NCBI GenBank assembly: GCA_040285745.1
Contig: JAUFOR010000005.1
Location: 1 to 64,000 of the forward strand
Length of the DNA: 64,000 nt
Direction of reading: 5' to 3'
DNA from: Barthelona sp. PCE
Taxonomy: Eukaryota
A model generated the notes under the pieces. It was not told the DNA's origin and did not search any database. It was given only the letters and a program-made list of their open reading frames with translations. Shown piece after piece: positions 10,253 to 19,205 of the stretch. Position 1 is the stretch's first letter. Every line of letters starts with the position of its first letter. A program made the position numbers and the translations under genes.

Positions 10253-10395
10253 GGTTTCCTATTTATTTTATTGTATTATTTAGTAATTGAAATAAAACTA
10301 TTTTTCAGATGTATGTACTTCCAAACTCTGAAGAAGGTACCCGTTTGCGGCACCATATCCGAACTTCAGTGATGAGACTAGGAAAAGAAAATCAT
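10253..10395 (+). repeat. Motif B copy 1 (direct repeat downstream of family copy 2)
   Basis: Blocks GGTTTCCTATTTATTTT, TTCAGATGTATG, GAAGAAGGTA, GCGGCA.CATATCCGAACTT, GATGAGACT and GAAAATCAT shared with 12900-13074. Confidence 0.85.
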
Positions 10396-10449
10396 CCTTA
10401 TAAACAATAGGAGAAAATGTGTATTCCTATATCTCCGTAGTCATGGAAA

Positions 10450-12582
10450 CTATTCATTATTCATCTGGGCATGATAGTTGGGCATATGGTACTCAACGAT
10501 GGACGCCTCGGCCAGGAACGATGGAAGGTGGAACGTTTCCACTGTGGGATTGATCGATTCCGGGTCTTCCTCAATATTGTAAGTTTTCAACAACATTGTT
10601 TTGGTCTCTCCTTCGTATGACATGTCTTGAATAACGTTGTTAGGTAGATTTGGATCGTGGTTTATCTTCATATCAGGAGAATATTGTAAATTGTTGTTTG
10701 TGAAAAAACGCGTTTTAATTGCACCATCTTCAACGTATGCTTTAATGATACCACCCCTCACGTATATGTATGAATCTCCCACGAAATTACGGAAATAGTT
10801 GCCTTCCTCCGTTCCATCATCATATGATTCCTTCCAAAGGAGAACAGGCTCTAAGAAGCTTCCTGTTGACCAATCTAAACAGTGTAAATGTTGCGTTTCT
10901 ATTTCATCATCATCTTCATATACAACAAACAGCTGATGATCAGGTGTTTCAGCCAATGGACGAGGGTTGAAGTAAACATCTACTGCAAATCTATGTTCAA
11001 AAAAAATGTGCTTTTGAACCTCCACGTCATACCCGTTGACACTGAGCTGAAAAAAATGGATTGCTTCATCACAAACAATGCACGCTGAATTATCAAAATG
11101 TGAATCATGAACATCTAGAACATAAATATTCGGTGGAAGCTCTAAAATCATCTTTTCTCCCAAATACACCAAGCCTGTATCATCTTCACGATAGTCAACA
11201 TTTAAGGGCAACCCTAGAATAAAACCATAGTTTTCAGTACCACAATGAGGCAAAATAGTTGTGATGGGTTCGGGTTCTGAGTCGTTCCAACGTAATTTGA
11301 CATATGTAGTACCTGTTTCACTAATTACATCTGCCAATACAAAAAAATCACCTGCTTCATTTGGTTGAACTGATAAGATATGGCACCACATACGTGAAAG
11401 CAGTTTCCTACGCCCACGCAGCACAATAAGCTTCCTTTCTTTAAAAAAAAAGTAACATCTTATCAAAGAATCATCATACACTTCCGCTATTCCATCAAAA
11501 AATACTTCTGCTGGTTCAAGGCTTGCCAAACGCACAACCTCACTATCAACTGCTCTGAATTTGATTGGGCCATAACGTTCTGTTATTTTATCAACGCCAT
11601 AAAAAACACAATCTTCATCACGAAAGGAATTATCGTTCAAATCTATATGCTTCAAGTCATCGCAGAGTACATTATCAAGATTCATTTCACCCTCTAACAT
11701 CTTCAATTCATCGTTTTCGATATGAATCACCGTGAAACTTGAATAAATGAATACCATTGACAAAACATCTTGAGTGAGCGTCAACAATGCAAATTTTGAG
11801 TCTCTATCAATATTCAATCCTTTAAGCTGCGGAAACCTTTCTGTCAAGTTAACTTGGTTCCTCTGACAGTCAAATATTATTAGTTCATCAATTTCTTTAT
11901 CACGAAACCTGACTGAGCAAATGCAATACGAGTTCAAACACCACCTGATGTATTCTAAATGAACACCATGTAACTGCTCAATATTAGGTTCATGTGCCTC
12001 GTCCATATCATCTGCAGAAAAATTGTAATGCCATATGGTATCATTTTGGCATTTCTTTAACAAAATGTAGTTTGGAGTTCTCACCGAAATTGAGTAATAT
12101 TCTCCAAGACATCTATAATCATAGGTTATAACATTTAATATGTAGGATTGTATCACTCTTCTATTATCAACGGTTTCCCTAATGGCGATTAATAGGTGGT
12201 TTTCATCCATCGGAATTATTCTGCTTGATAGATTTTTGATCATCGGAAACGGAAATGGTATTCTCCTGCTTGTATGTTCATCGCTCATGATATCGTTAAA
12301 CAATAAAATATCAAGATGAGTTAACATCTTACTGTCATCACGAAGCTGTTCGATGATCATGTACAATTCTCCAGCTCTCAGCTTAGATGTGTATTGAAGA
12401 GGCTTACGCGTATCCTCCACATACCCAACAAAGTCCTTGTCTTCAATAGCGCTTTCAATGAGGCTGATATCGGTGATATCTCTTGATTTAAGCAATACTA
12501 CGCCCTCTCCCTCAAATATTAGTTGCCCCTCAGGATAAGCCTGCATGACAAGGTCATCCTCGAATTTACGAACCCTAGGCAT
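10450..12582 (-). CDS. Lineage-specific ~700-aa family protein, copy 2
   Basis: Same termini as copy 1; homologous but diverged core. Confidence 0.85.
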   Translation of the reverse strand: MPRVRKFEDDLVMQAYPEGQLIFEGEGVVLLKSRDITDISLIESAIEDKDFVGYVEDTRKPLQYTSKLRAGELYMIIEQLRDDSKMLTHLDILLFNDIMSDEHTSRRIPFPFPMIKNLSSRIIPMDENHLLIAIRETVDNRRVIQSYILNVITYDYRCLGEYYSISVRTPNYILLKKCQNDTIWHYNFSADDMDEAHEPNIEQLHGVHLEYIRWCLNSYCICSVRFRDKEIDELIIFDCQRNQVNLTERFPQLKGLNIDRDSKFALLTLTQDVLSMVFIYSSFTVIHIENDELKMLEGEMNLDNVLCDDLKHIDLNDNSFRDEDCVFYGVDKITERYGPIKFRAVDSEVVRLASLEPAEVFFDGIAEVYDDSLIRCYFFFKERKLIVLRGRRKLLSRMWCHILSVQPNEAGDFFVLADVISETGTTYVKLRWNDSEPEPITTILPHCGTENYGFILGLPLNVDYREDDTGLVYLGEKMILELPPNIYVLDVHDSHFDNSACIVCDEAIHFFQLSVNGYDVEVQKHIFFEHRFAVDVYFNPRPLAETPDHQLFVVYEDDDEIETQHLHCLDWSTGSFLEPVLLWKESYDDGTEEGNYFRNFVGDSYIYVRGGIIKAYVEDGAIKTRFFTNNNLQYSPDMKINHDPNLPNNVIQDMSYEGETKTMLLKTYNIEEDPESINPTVETFHLPSFLAEASIVEYHMPNYHAQMNNE

Positions 12583-12846
12583 ATATAGCCGTGATGAAGT
12601 AGGTGAATATTGAGATAGCATGTATATATTAATATTAGTGCTTGCACGTAGCATATATAGATGATATAATACATGTGAAGCGTAAACAGAAAGCGAGAAT
12701 GTGAAACAGAACTGCATTCGCAATTCTATCCCCTCACAGATTTATTGATGTGTTTCGCAGGGCTCTCGGCGCGTGACACGTAAGATTGTTGGCACGTGTG
12801 GGCATTGGCTTGGTTGTGGGGCACTTTTTTGCTGCGTTGTGGTACG
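12583..12846 (-). repeat. Module A copy 2 (5'-truncated at the hairpin 3' arm)
   Basis: By eye, 4 substitutions and 1 indel versus 5602-5866. Confidence 0.92.
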
Positions 12847-12899
12847 ATTTCAGATATATTTGAGTGTTTTGCAGATGAACCCAAATTTTATTCTTTTAT

Positions 12900-13074
12900 G
12901 GTTTCCTATTTATTTTTTGTGTACTATCTTTACTGAAATACTATAAACTTTCAGATGTATGGACTTGAAGAAGGTAGCCCCGTGCGGCAACATATCCGAA
13001 CTTAGATCTCTGTAAAGAATCTGTTTACTCTCCCTTACCCGTTAACATGGATGAGACTCTGGATGAAAATCATA
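12900..13074 (+). repeat. Motif B copy 2 (upstream of family copy 2)
   Basis: Diverged direct repeat of 10253-10395. Confidence 0.85.
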
Positions 13075-13238
13075 TAAAGAATAAAACAACTTTTTTTAAT
13101 CAGGCAAAGCTTTTGCGCATCGATTTCATAAAAAAATTTGTTGAATTCTGAGTTACTGTAGCATTAAGCACAGTAATGCATATTCTGAAACTGAATAAAG
13201 TTGGAACATTTTGTTTTTCAAATTTTTACCATCATCAT

Positions 13239-13847
13239 ATGGAAAGCAATAACATTTTGTATCGAGGTTTAAGCAAGAACAAGAAGTTTAAACCTTCAAT
13301 TACACCTTTAAATGACTACTATGAGTACAGGATTAAGAGTGAAGCAAAAAAACGCGATGCTAAAACAATAGGGGTTAAAAAGGTATCATCTGCACCCAAC
13401 ATATTCGGAAATTCAACCGAGATCGAGTCCGAATCACTTAGTTACCAAAGAAGAATGAACAAACAGAAGTATGGTCACGCTAGAGCACATGAGATCAAAC
13501 AAAGGGAGATCAAGAAGGCCACAATTCCCAAACCCACAGGTCCCCGTCAGTGTTATTATGAGGAGGCAATAGTACGTCATCGTGAAGAACAAGCTCGTCA
13601 GAAAGAACAACGTCGTGCTGAATCAAAGCGCAAAATGGAACAGCAGTATCATGACATGGTTAAGAACAGATCAATGAAGAACCAAATCAAATCAGATTAT
13701 TCAGTGCCGATGAAGCCAGTGATTACAAGACCTTATTCACGAGGTTATACAAATGAAACAAGGCAGAAGCTGAATCAATCTTGTCTTGATTACAATAAGC
13801 AGCAGATCACGAATCCTTTCAATAATAGGAGAGCTCCTTGGGAGTAG
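13239..13847 (+). CDS. Hypothetical basic, hydrophilic protein
   Basis: Open frame; probable start MESNN; followed by AT-rich 3' region. Confidence 0.7.
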   Translation: MESNNILYRGLSKNKKFKPSITPLNDYYEYRIKSEAKKRDAKTIGVKKVSSAPNIFGNSTEIESESLSYQRRMNKQKYGHARAHEIKQREIKKATIPKPTGPRQCYYEEAIVRHREEQARQKEQRRAESKRKMEQQYHDMVKNRSMKNQIKSDYSVPMKPVITRPYSRGYTNETRQKLNQSCLDYNKQQITNPFNNRRAPWE

Positions 13848-14042
13848 AATTTTGTATTAGTAAATCACAAACTATGTTCAAGTTAGGGCAGGTTTTTTTT
13901 CCACGCTTATTTGTTAATTTTTTGTGTTTGGACACATAATTACGCAGATTGATACATCTAAAATAAACAATGAGAGGATAACCATACATCTCAAGAAATT
14001 TGTTTTTCAGTTTTTACTCTTTTTATCTCAAATTTCTTATAT

Positions 14043-14258
14043 ATGCTGACATTCCCATCTTTTTGGATTGTGACAGCAATCATCGCAGCAGTAACTATCA
14101 TTGTTTATACTGTATCATCAAGAAGCGAGCATAAAGAATTATGGAAATTCTCCACAATCGTTGCGGGCATCTGTTTTTACGTTATGTGGTTCACATGCTA
14201 TGCATCACAAAGGTATCCTATGTTGGATCCTATTCCAAAGGACTTTGGAGCTGAATAG
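14043..14258 (+). CDS. VMA9: V-type ATPase V0 subunit e
   Basis: 71 aa, two TM segments, CFYVMWFTCYASQRYPMLDP matches the subunit e pattern C.YLMW...Y.AQ..PL..P. Confidence 0.85.
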   Translation: MLTFPSFWIVTAIIAAVTIIVYTVSSRSEHKELWKFSTIVAGICFYVMWFTCYASQRYPMLDPIPKDFGAE

Positions 14259-14519
14259 TCGTTTTTGTGTGATTCTTCCCTTTTGTTCAAGGTATCTGCA
14301 CTATTTTGACCCTAGGACAATATAACCATTAGTAAACATTAATTAAAAACGTGTAAATTGGAGTATCACAAAAAGAAATTACTCGAAAATAAAAAAAATA
14401 ATGGTGTTTACAATGTAGCTAGAATTGTCAAAAATTCCGGGAACACACGCGTTTGTCAACCACAAATCATTTGTCGGAACATGACACACAAAGAAAATAT
14501 CAAAATAAAAACATCTAAT

Positions 14520-14825
14520 CTACACCGTATTTTCGTTTACCTGTATGCTAGCAATCCTATTGGAATTGATATAAAGATTCTCATACGTTTTAGATTCCTT
14601 GATAGGATGTTTGTCAGTGAAGAAAATGGTTTCTTCTCTCACATTTGATAAAAATACTGATGTATGACGATCAAAAGCGCGAAGAATTCCACTATGGCGT
14701 TTAACTTGGAAAGAAGACTCTGGATCAACAATAGAATGAACAACTACATTTTTTCCAACATTAAACATTAAAATATCAAAAGGTTCAACCTCAATTTCGT
14801 TTTTTACCTCTTGTTTTTCACCCAT
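14520..14825 (-). CDS. Sm/LSm-fold protein (SmD2/LSm3-like)
   Basis: Sm1 motif GILRAFDRHTSVFLSNVREE; Sm2-like LYINSNRIASI. Confidence 0.8.
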   Translation of the reverse strand: MGEKQEVKNEIEVEPFDILMFNVGKNVVVHSIVDPESSFQVKRHSGILRAFDRHTSVFLSNVREETIFFTDKHPIKESKTYENLYINSNRIASIQVNENTV

Positions 14826-15014
14826 GATTATAAAATAATGCTTTAGTTATCTTGAAAGGAGAGAATTTGCGTATAGCACGAATTTTGCTTCATTTTTCTT
14901 CTTCAGATCTGTTTAGTAACTAAATGTATAACTTCAAGTATATTAAGTGAGTTAAAATTAAAAGAATTGATTGGAAAAGTTAGATAATTGTTAGTTTTAC
15001 TATGCATGCTATAC

Positions 15015-16169
15015 TTAATGAGTGCGCATTTCAAAAAGCTTGATGAGACGCTTAATCTCTTTTAGAATGAATTCTTCAGGAACAGCACACATTCGTGCAA
15101 TATTTTCAATCGGTGTATTATTGAGTACTAATTCCTTAAGCAACATTTCTCTCATTTTACGTAGACGACGTTTCACAGTATTCTTTGACACCTTGAACCC
15201 ATTAGCGATTGCTTCCAGGTTAACACCATAAAACCGTTGAACAAAAACTTCAACTGGTTGAGGAAATCCTATATGAACCTGTTCTAATCCTCCACGATCT
15301 GATAGAAGGGAGTGGCATGTGCTATTTTGTTTCTGTATTAACTCATAAAATCGTTCACTAATTGCAGAGACCTCAGAAACAAAAGCCGACTGCTTTTCTT
15401 CTTGTTCATTTTGTTCTTCCTCTTCTAGTTCAATTTTCATCGGTTCCATATCGACTTGTTCAGGCGCTGTTTCTGCTTTTGATGCATCTTCACACGCCCC
15501 AAACATGGTCATCATCATGTGCAAAGCATGTAACGGATGTGGAGGGAAACCTGTTCTTCCGTTTGGCCCACGGTTAATATGATGGCCTGGTGGTCCAAAT
15601 GGAGGACAAAACGGTGGTGTGGGGAAAGGAATATCTAAATCTAACTTTAATGTTTTCATTTTAGGTTCAGATCGAGAAAATGGACAAGAAAATGCGGTTC
15701 TTTTCTTTCGCTTATGGTATCTGTGTATGAAATCGACTCTCAGGTCAGGTATAAAATCGCATAAAACGATATCACATCGCATCGCATCTTCTTCTTCAAA
15801 ACTAAGTACACATTGATATATCTCATTATCGAGGCGAAACTCGTTTATGACACCCTTCTTCTCTTCCAAAAATAGGCGTTGAATAGTAGAAAGTGTCAGT
15901 GCAAAATTGATATTTTCTTCACTGATAAAAAGCACACCAGTCAGATAAGCATCATTAAATGTTGTGGACTCAATGGCCACGGGGAACGAATCAGGGATAC
16001 CCATTTCAATAAAATGCACAAAACGAATTGTTGCTTTGCTAATATCAATGGGGTTTGATGTAGGAGCTGTGTACTTGTGTCTGCGGCGTTTTCGCCTTCC
16101 GAGACGGTGCTTCTTCTTTTCAGAACAAGGACAATGTCCTGTAAGAATGGTCTTTATGAACTTCTTCAT
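15015..16169 (-). CDS. Hypothetical protein with C-terminal helix-turn-helix-like motifs
   Basis: NLEAIANGFKVSKNTVKRRLRKMR and PIENIARMCAVPEEFI; basic NLS-like N-terminus; Pro-rich linker. Confidence 0.65.
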   Translation of the reverse strand: MKKFIKTILTGHCPCSEKKKHRLGRRKRRRHKYTAPTSNPIDISKATIRFVHFIEMGIPDSFPVAIESTTFNDAYLTGVLFISEENINFALTLSTIQRLFLEEKKGVINEFRLDNEIYQCVLSFEEEDAMRCDIVLCDFIPDLRVDFIHRYHKRKKRTAFSCPFSRSEPKMKTLKLDLDIPFPTPPFCPPFGPPGHHINRGPNGRTGFPPHPLHALHMMMTMFGACEDASKAETAPEQVDMEPMKIELEEEEQNEQEEKQSAFVSEVSAISERFYELIQKQNSTCHSLLSDRGGLEQVHIGFPQPVEVFVQRFYGVNLEAIANGFKVSKNTVKRRLRKMREMLLKELVLNNTPIENIARMCAVPEEFILKEIKRLIKLFEMRTH

Positions 16170-16425
16170 ATTATGTCAATACGACAATGATAACAAGGGG
16201 CGGGGGGTTAGGGGGGTTAATGCTGCACCAGTGTACTGCTGATGTTAGGAAAAAGTAAAATATTAATAAGCAAGGGGCATCTTAAGGGCCCTGAGGGTCC
16301 AGGGTTTGTGAATCTGTTTTCGTTGTTTTTGAAGGATTTTTATAAGAGAGCAAACATAATCAATGGATTGAAATGGTCGGATTTACATCCAAATCGTGTA
16401 TCATGTTTATTTTCGCTTACCTTGT

Positions 16426-16968
16426 ATGGATGAGCTAAAATTAGCATACGCCACCTCGGATCTAACAATAATCTTGCCAGGTGAAGGAGGTGTGCGATTA
16501 TATGGAGGTAGAAACAACATGCAAAATGAAAGTACAGATTTTATCAGGAATTCGATTCTCTATAATTCGTACATGGTGTTTATAACACCATACAATCCAC
16601 AGAGTGTTCGTTATTCAAAAGAAAAGAATGAATTAGCGTTACAGGAAATGGAACATCAGTTTACAACATTTGATCAGTTTTTCATCCATGTATCAAAGTA
16701 TAATTCACTACCTCCAGACCATGAATGGCATGAAAAAGGACTTTGCTTTTTTGCTCCTTGCACAATCATTGAAAACGATTTGATTGAACATGTGCGATCC
16801 TTATTTAGCCATTATGACCAGAAAGCATTCTATTTAGTTCAGTATAACTCTGATGATAAGTGCTTTGTACAGCAGGTCATTAATTTTGAACCAAAGGATG
16901 ACAATACCAGTAGTAGCGTATATAGCACATCATTTTGTAGCGTTGTTCATTTAAATAACAATAAATAA
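16426..16968 (+). CDS. DUF3293-like protein
   Basis: LAY.T, FITPYNPQS..S.EKN, PD.EW.E and YDQKAF resemble the bacterial DUF3293 pattern. Confidence 0.65.
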   Translation: MDELKLAYATSDLTIILPGEGGVRLYGGRNNMQNESTDFIRNSILYNSYMVFITPYNPQSVRYSKEKNELALQEMEHQFTTFDQFFIHVSKYNSLPPDHEWHEKGLCFFAPCTIIENDLIEHVRSLFSHYDQKAFYLVQYNSDDKCFVQQVINFEPKDDNTSSSVYSTSFCSVVHLNNNK

Positions 16969-17012
16969 ATGTGTTTCTGCATTCATAACATTTTTCTTTT
17001 TAACACTCGATA

Positions 17013-19199
17013 ATGCAAGTTGTCGGTGATCATGAAGTACTGCTTGAGGGCCGTAAACTGCTTATCCCTGCGAGCGTATTACTGTGGAACGATACAGAAC
17101 TAGTATTTCCCCCAAAGATTGATTTCACATTTCTGTCAGCATTAAACACGAATGTACGTATCAAGAGCGCGACAGAAACGATCAACAGTAATGCTTTTGA
17201 CCAAAAGAGTTGGAACACACTCTTAGATTATTGTAAGCGTTTGTTAAATTCTACTGAAAATACAGACAACGTAACTGAGGCTGCAAACATATTTAGGGCA
17301 TACTTACAAGTATTTCCACTTGATGCAGATATTTGGGTTGAACTTTCATATCTTCTTGATGATGATGAAGAAGTGCTTGATTTATTCTGCGAAAGGCTTC
17401 TTGCATGTCCATCCGTGAGGCTCTGGAAGGCATTCATTGATGTTGTTGCCTCCAGAACAACCTCAGTATTGAATGATCAGCGTACCGAATATGAAGAGAA
17501 GTTGAACCAAATCAAAGATGGATCTGTTGATGACATTGAGACTGAGGAGGAATTAGACGTTATCTACTCATCAAAATTCGTGGAAACGATACGTCAATTA
17601 GAGAAACACTTTGTTGTTGCTGCGTCGCATGTAGGCTGTGATATTAATGCAGGTGTTTTCTTTACAGCATATATTGACGAGCTCAAGACACTATTAGATG
17701 CATTTAAGACTTTTGAAGAGGTTTTAAAGGTTCTACAAAGGATGATTTGTGCTGCATACGAGACATCACTGACTTACCCAACTCTTCAATGTGGTGAGAT
17801 TGTTGAGCAGTACAACGCCTTCCTTGGCGAGTGCGGTACATCAACTGCACTGGCCCAACGTGCTCATGCTTACGTTACTGAAGTACTGGAACCAATGGTG
17901 GACATGAGAGAAGCTTCGTTCCCAGCGAGCGAAGATCTGTTTGGTATGACACTACCATTTGCCGAAGCTGCAAAGCTTTTACCAGTGTATCGTAACATGA
18001 TTGCGATTGAAGAGAGTTTCTTGAGCACTGTTCTCACAGGTGAAACGCGTTTCACAAAAGAAGCAGCCATCAATAGAGTGAAGCATGCGTATCGCCTTGC
18101 TTGCTGTAAGTTGAGTAATTGTGCTGAGGTATGGTGGCATTATGCATGCTTTCTGTGTAATAACAATATGTTCGAGGCAGGCCGAAATGTTCTGATTGAA
18201 GGAATCCGTCTCAACCCCACCGAGACTATTTTGTACTTTGGTCTTGTTGAAACAATTGAGCTGCAGGCAAAGGAGAATATCGAACAGAGAGATGCGTTGT
18301 TGGACGAGTGTCTTGTTGTATTTAGAACTTTGCTTCGTATTCAACCTGGTTTAAAGTGCGCATTATACCAATTTGAGCTTTTTGGAAGGCGGTATGGTGA
18401 TGCGGTTGCTCAAAGGAAGATATTCCTGGACATTATCAAAAATTCCAGTTCCGATCCTTCTCTGTATCTGATGCACGCTCGACGTGAGCACCAGATCTAC
18501 TCTGATCCAGACGTTGCACTTTCTGTTCTGGATTATGGTGACCGCGTTTGTGGTAATGATGATCGATTTTTGCTTCAAAGCCTCGCTCAGAAACAGACTC
18601 TAGGCAACCCTATTAACGTTACTATTGCGTATAATCGCGTTCTTGATAGGACAGAAACATCTTCAGCGCTTTTAAATGAGCGTATTCACAGGCAATTTTT
18701 ATCTTTTGAACAATATAATGGAACAGTGACAATGCTCCGTGCAGTTACGAAACGTATGCGTGCCTTGAAGGATGGTCCTGTATCCGACTTTGCAGAACTC
18801 ATCTTGAGAACGACTGTTCACGGTGTATCACCAGTTTCAAACGATGTGCTTACTTCACTTGGTGGTGTTTCATCTAAGCTCGTGTCAAAGCCAAATGCTG
18901 TTGTTTCACACGTGCCTGAAGCATATGATCGATATATCAAACACGGTGTTCCTGTTTTTGCATCAGTACAGAACCAACCATCTTTTGATGTGTCCAATAT
19001 GGTTAGTTGTAGAGGTACACCTCTCGTAGACGATCTACCTCGCCTTTTCAGAGATGTTATTTCGAACGAACCACTGTATTTAGGTGGAGAAATTACTGCT
19101 GATATTGTTAAAAAGCTTGTTGATGCTGTACCCACTGGTCTTAGTCGACCAAAGATTGAAGGAGGAGAGCCAGAGTACAAGATTCAAAGAACAAAGTAA
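17013..19199 (+). CDS. CSTF3: Cleavage stimulation factor subunit 77 / Rna14 (HAT repeats)
   Basis: HAT repeats with PSVRLWKAFI, VGCDINAG, RVKHAYRLAC...EVWWHYA. Confidence 0.75.
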   Translation: MQVVGDHEVLLEGRKLLIPASVLLWNDTELVFPPKIDFTFLSALNTNVRIKSATETINSNAFDQKSWNTLLDYCKRLLNSTENTDNVTEAANIFRAYLQVFPLDADIWVELSYLLDDDEEVLDLFCERLLACPSVRLWKAFIDVVASRTTSVLNDQRTEYEEKLNQIKDGSVDDIETEEELDVIYSSKFVETIRQLEKHFVVAASHVGCDINAGVFFTAYIDELKTLLDAFKTFEEVLKVLQRMICAAYETSLTYPTLQCGEIVEQYNAFLGECGTSTALAQRAHAYVTEVLEPMVDMREASFPASEDLFGMTLPFAEAAKLLPVYRNMIAIEESFLSTVLTGETRFTKEAAINRVKHAYRLACCKLSNCAEVWWHYACFLCNNNMFEAGRNVLIEGIRLNPTETILYFGLVETIELQAKENIEQRDALLDECLVVFRTLLRIQPGLKCALYQFELFGRRYGDAVAQRKIFLDIIKNSSSDPSLYLMHARREHQIYSDPDVALSVLDYGDRVCGNDDRFLLQSLAQKQTLGNPINVTIAYNRVLDRTETSSALLNERIHRQFLSFEQYNGTVTMLRAVTKRMRALKDGPVSDFAELILRTTVHGVSPVSNDVLTSLGGVSSKLVSKPNAVVSHVPEAYDRYIKHGVPVFASVQNQPSFDVSNMVSCRGTPLVDDLPRLFRDVISNEPLYLGGEITADIVKKLVDAVPTGLSRPKIEGGEPEYKIQRTK

Positions 19200-19205
19200 A
19201 GGTTT

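Noticed and set aside
16207-16219. Interstitial telomere repeat
   Set aside because: Only one TTAGGG-like unit within a G-tract
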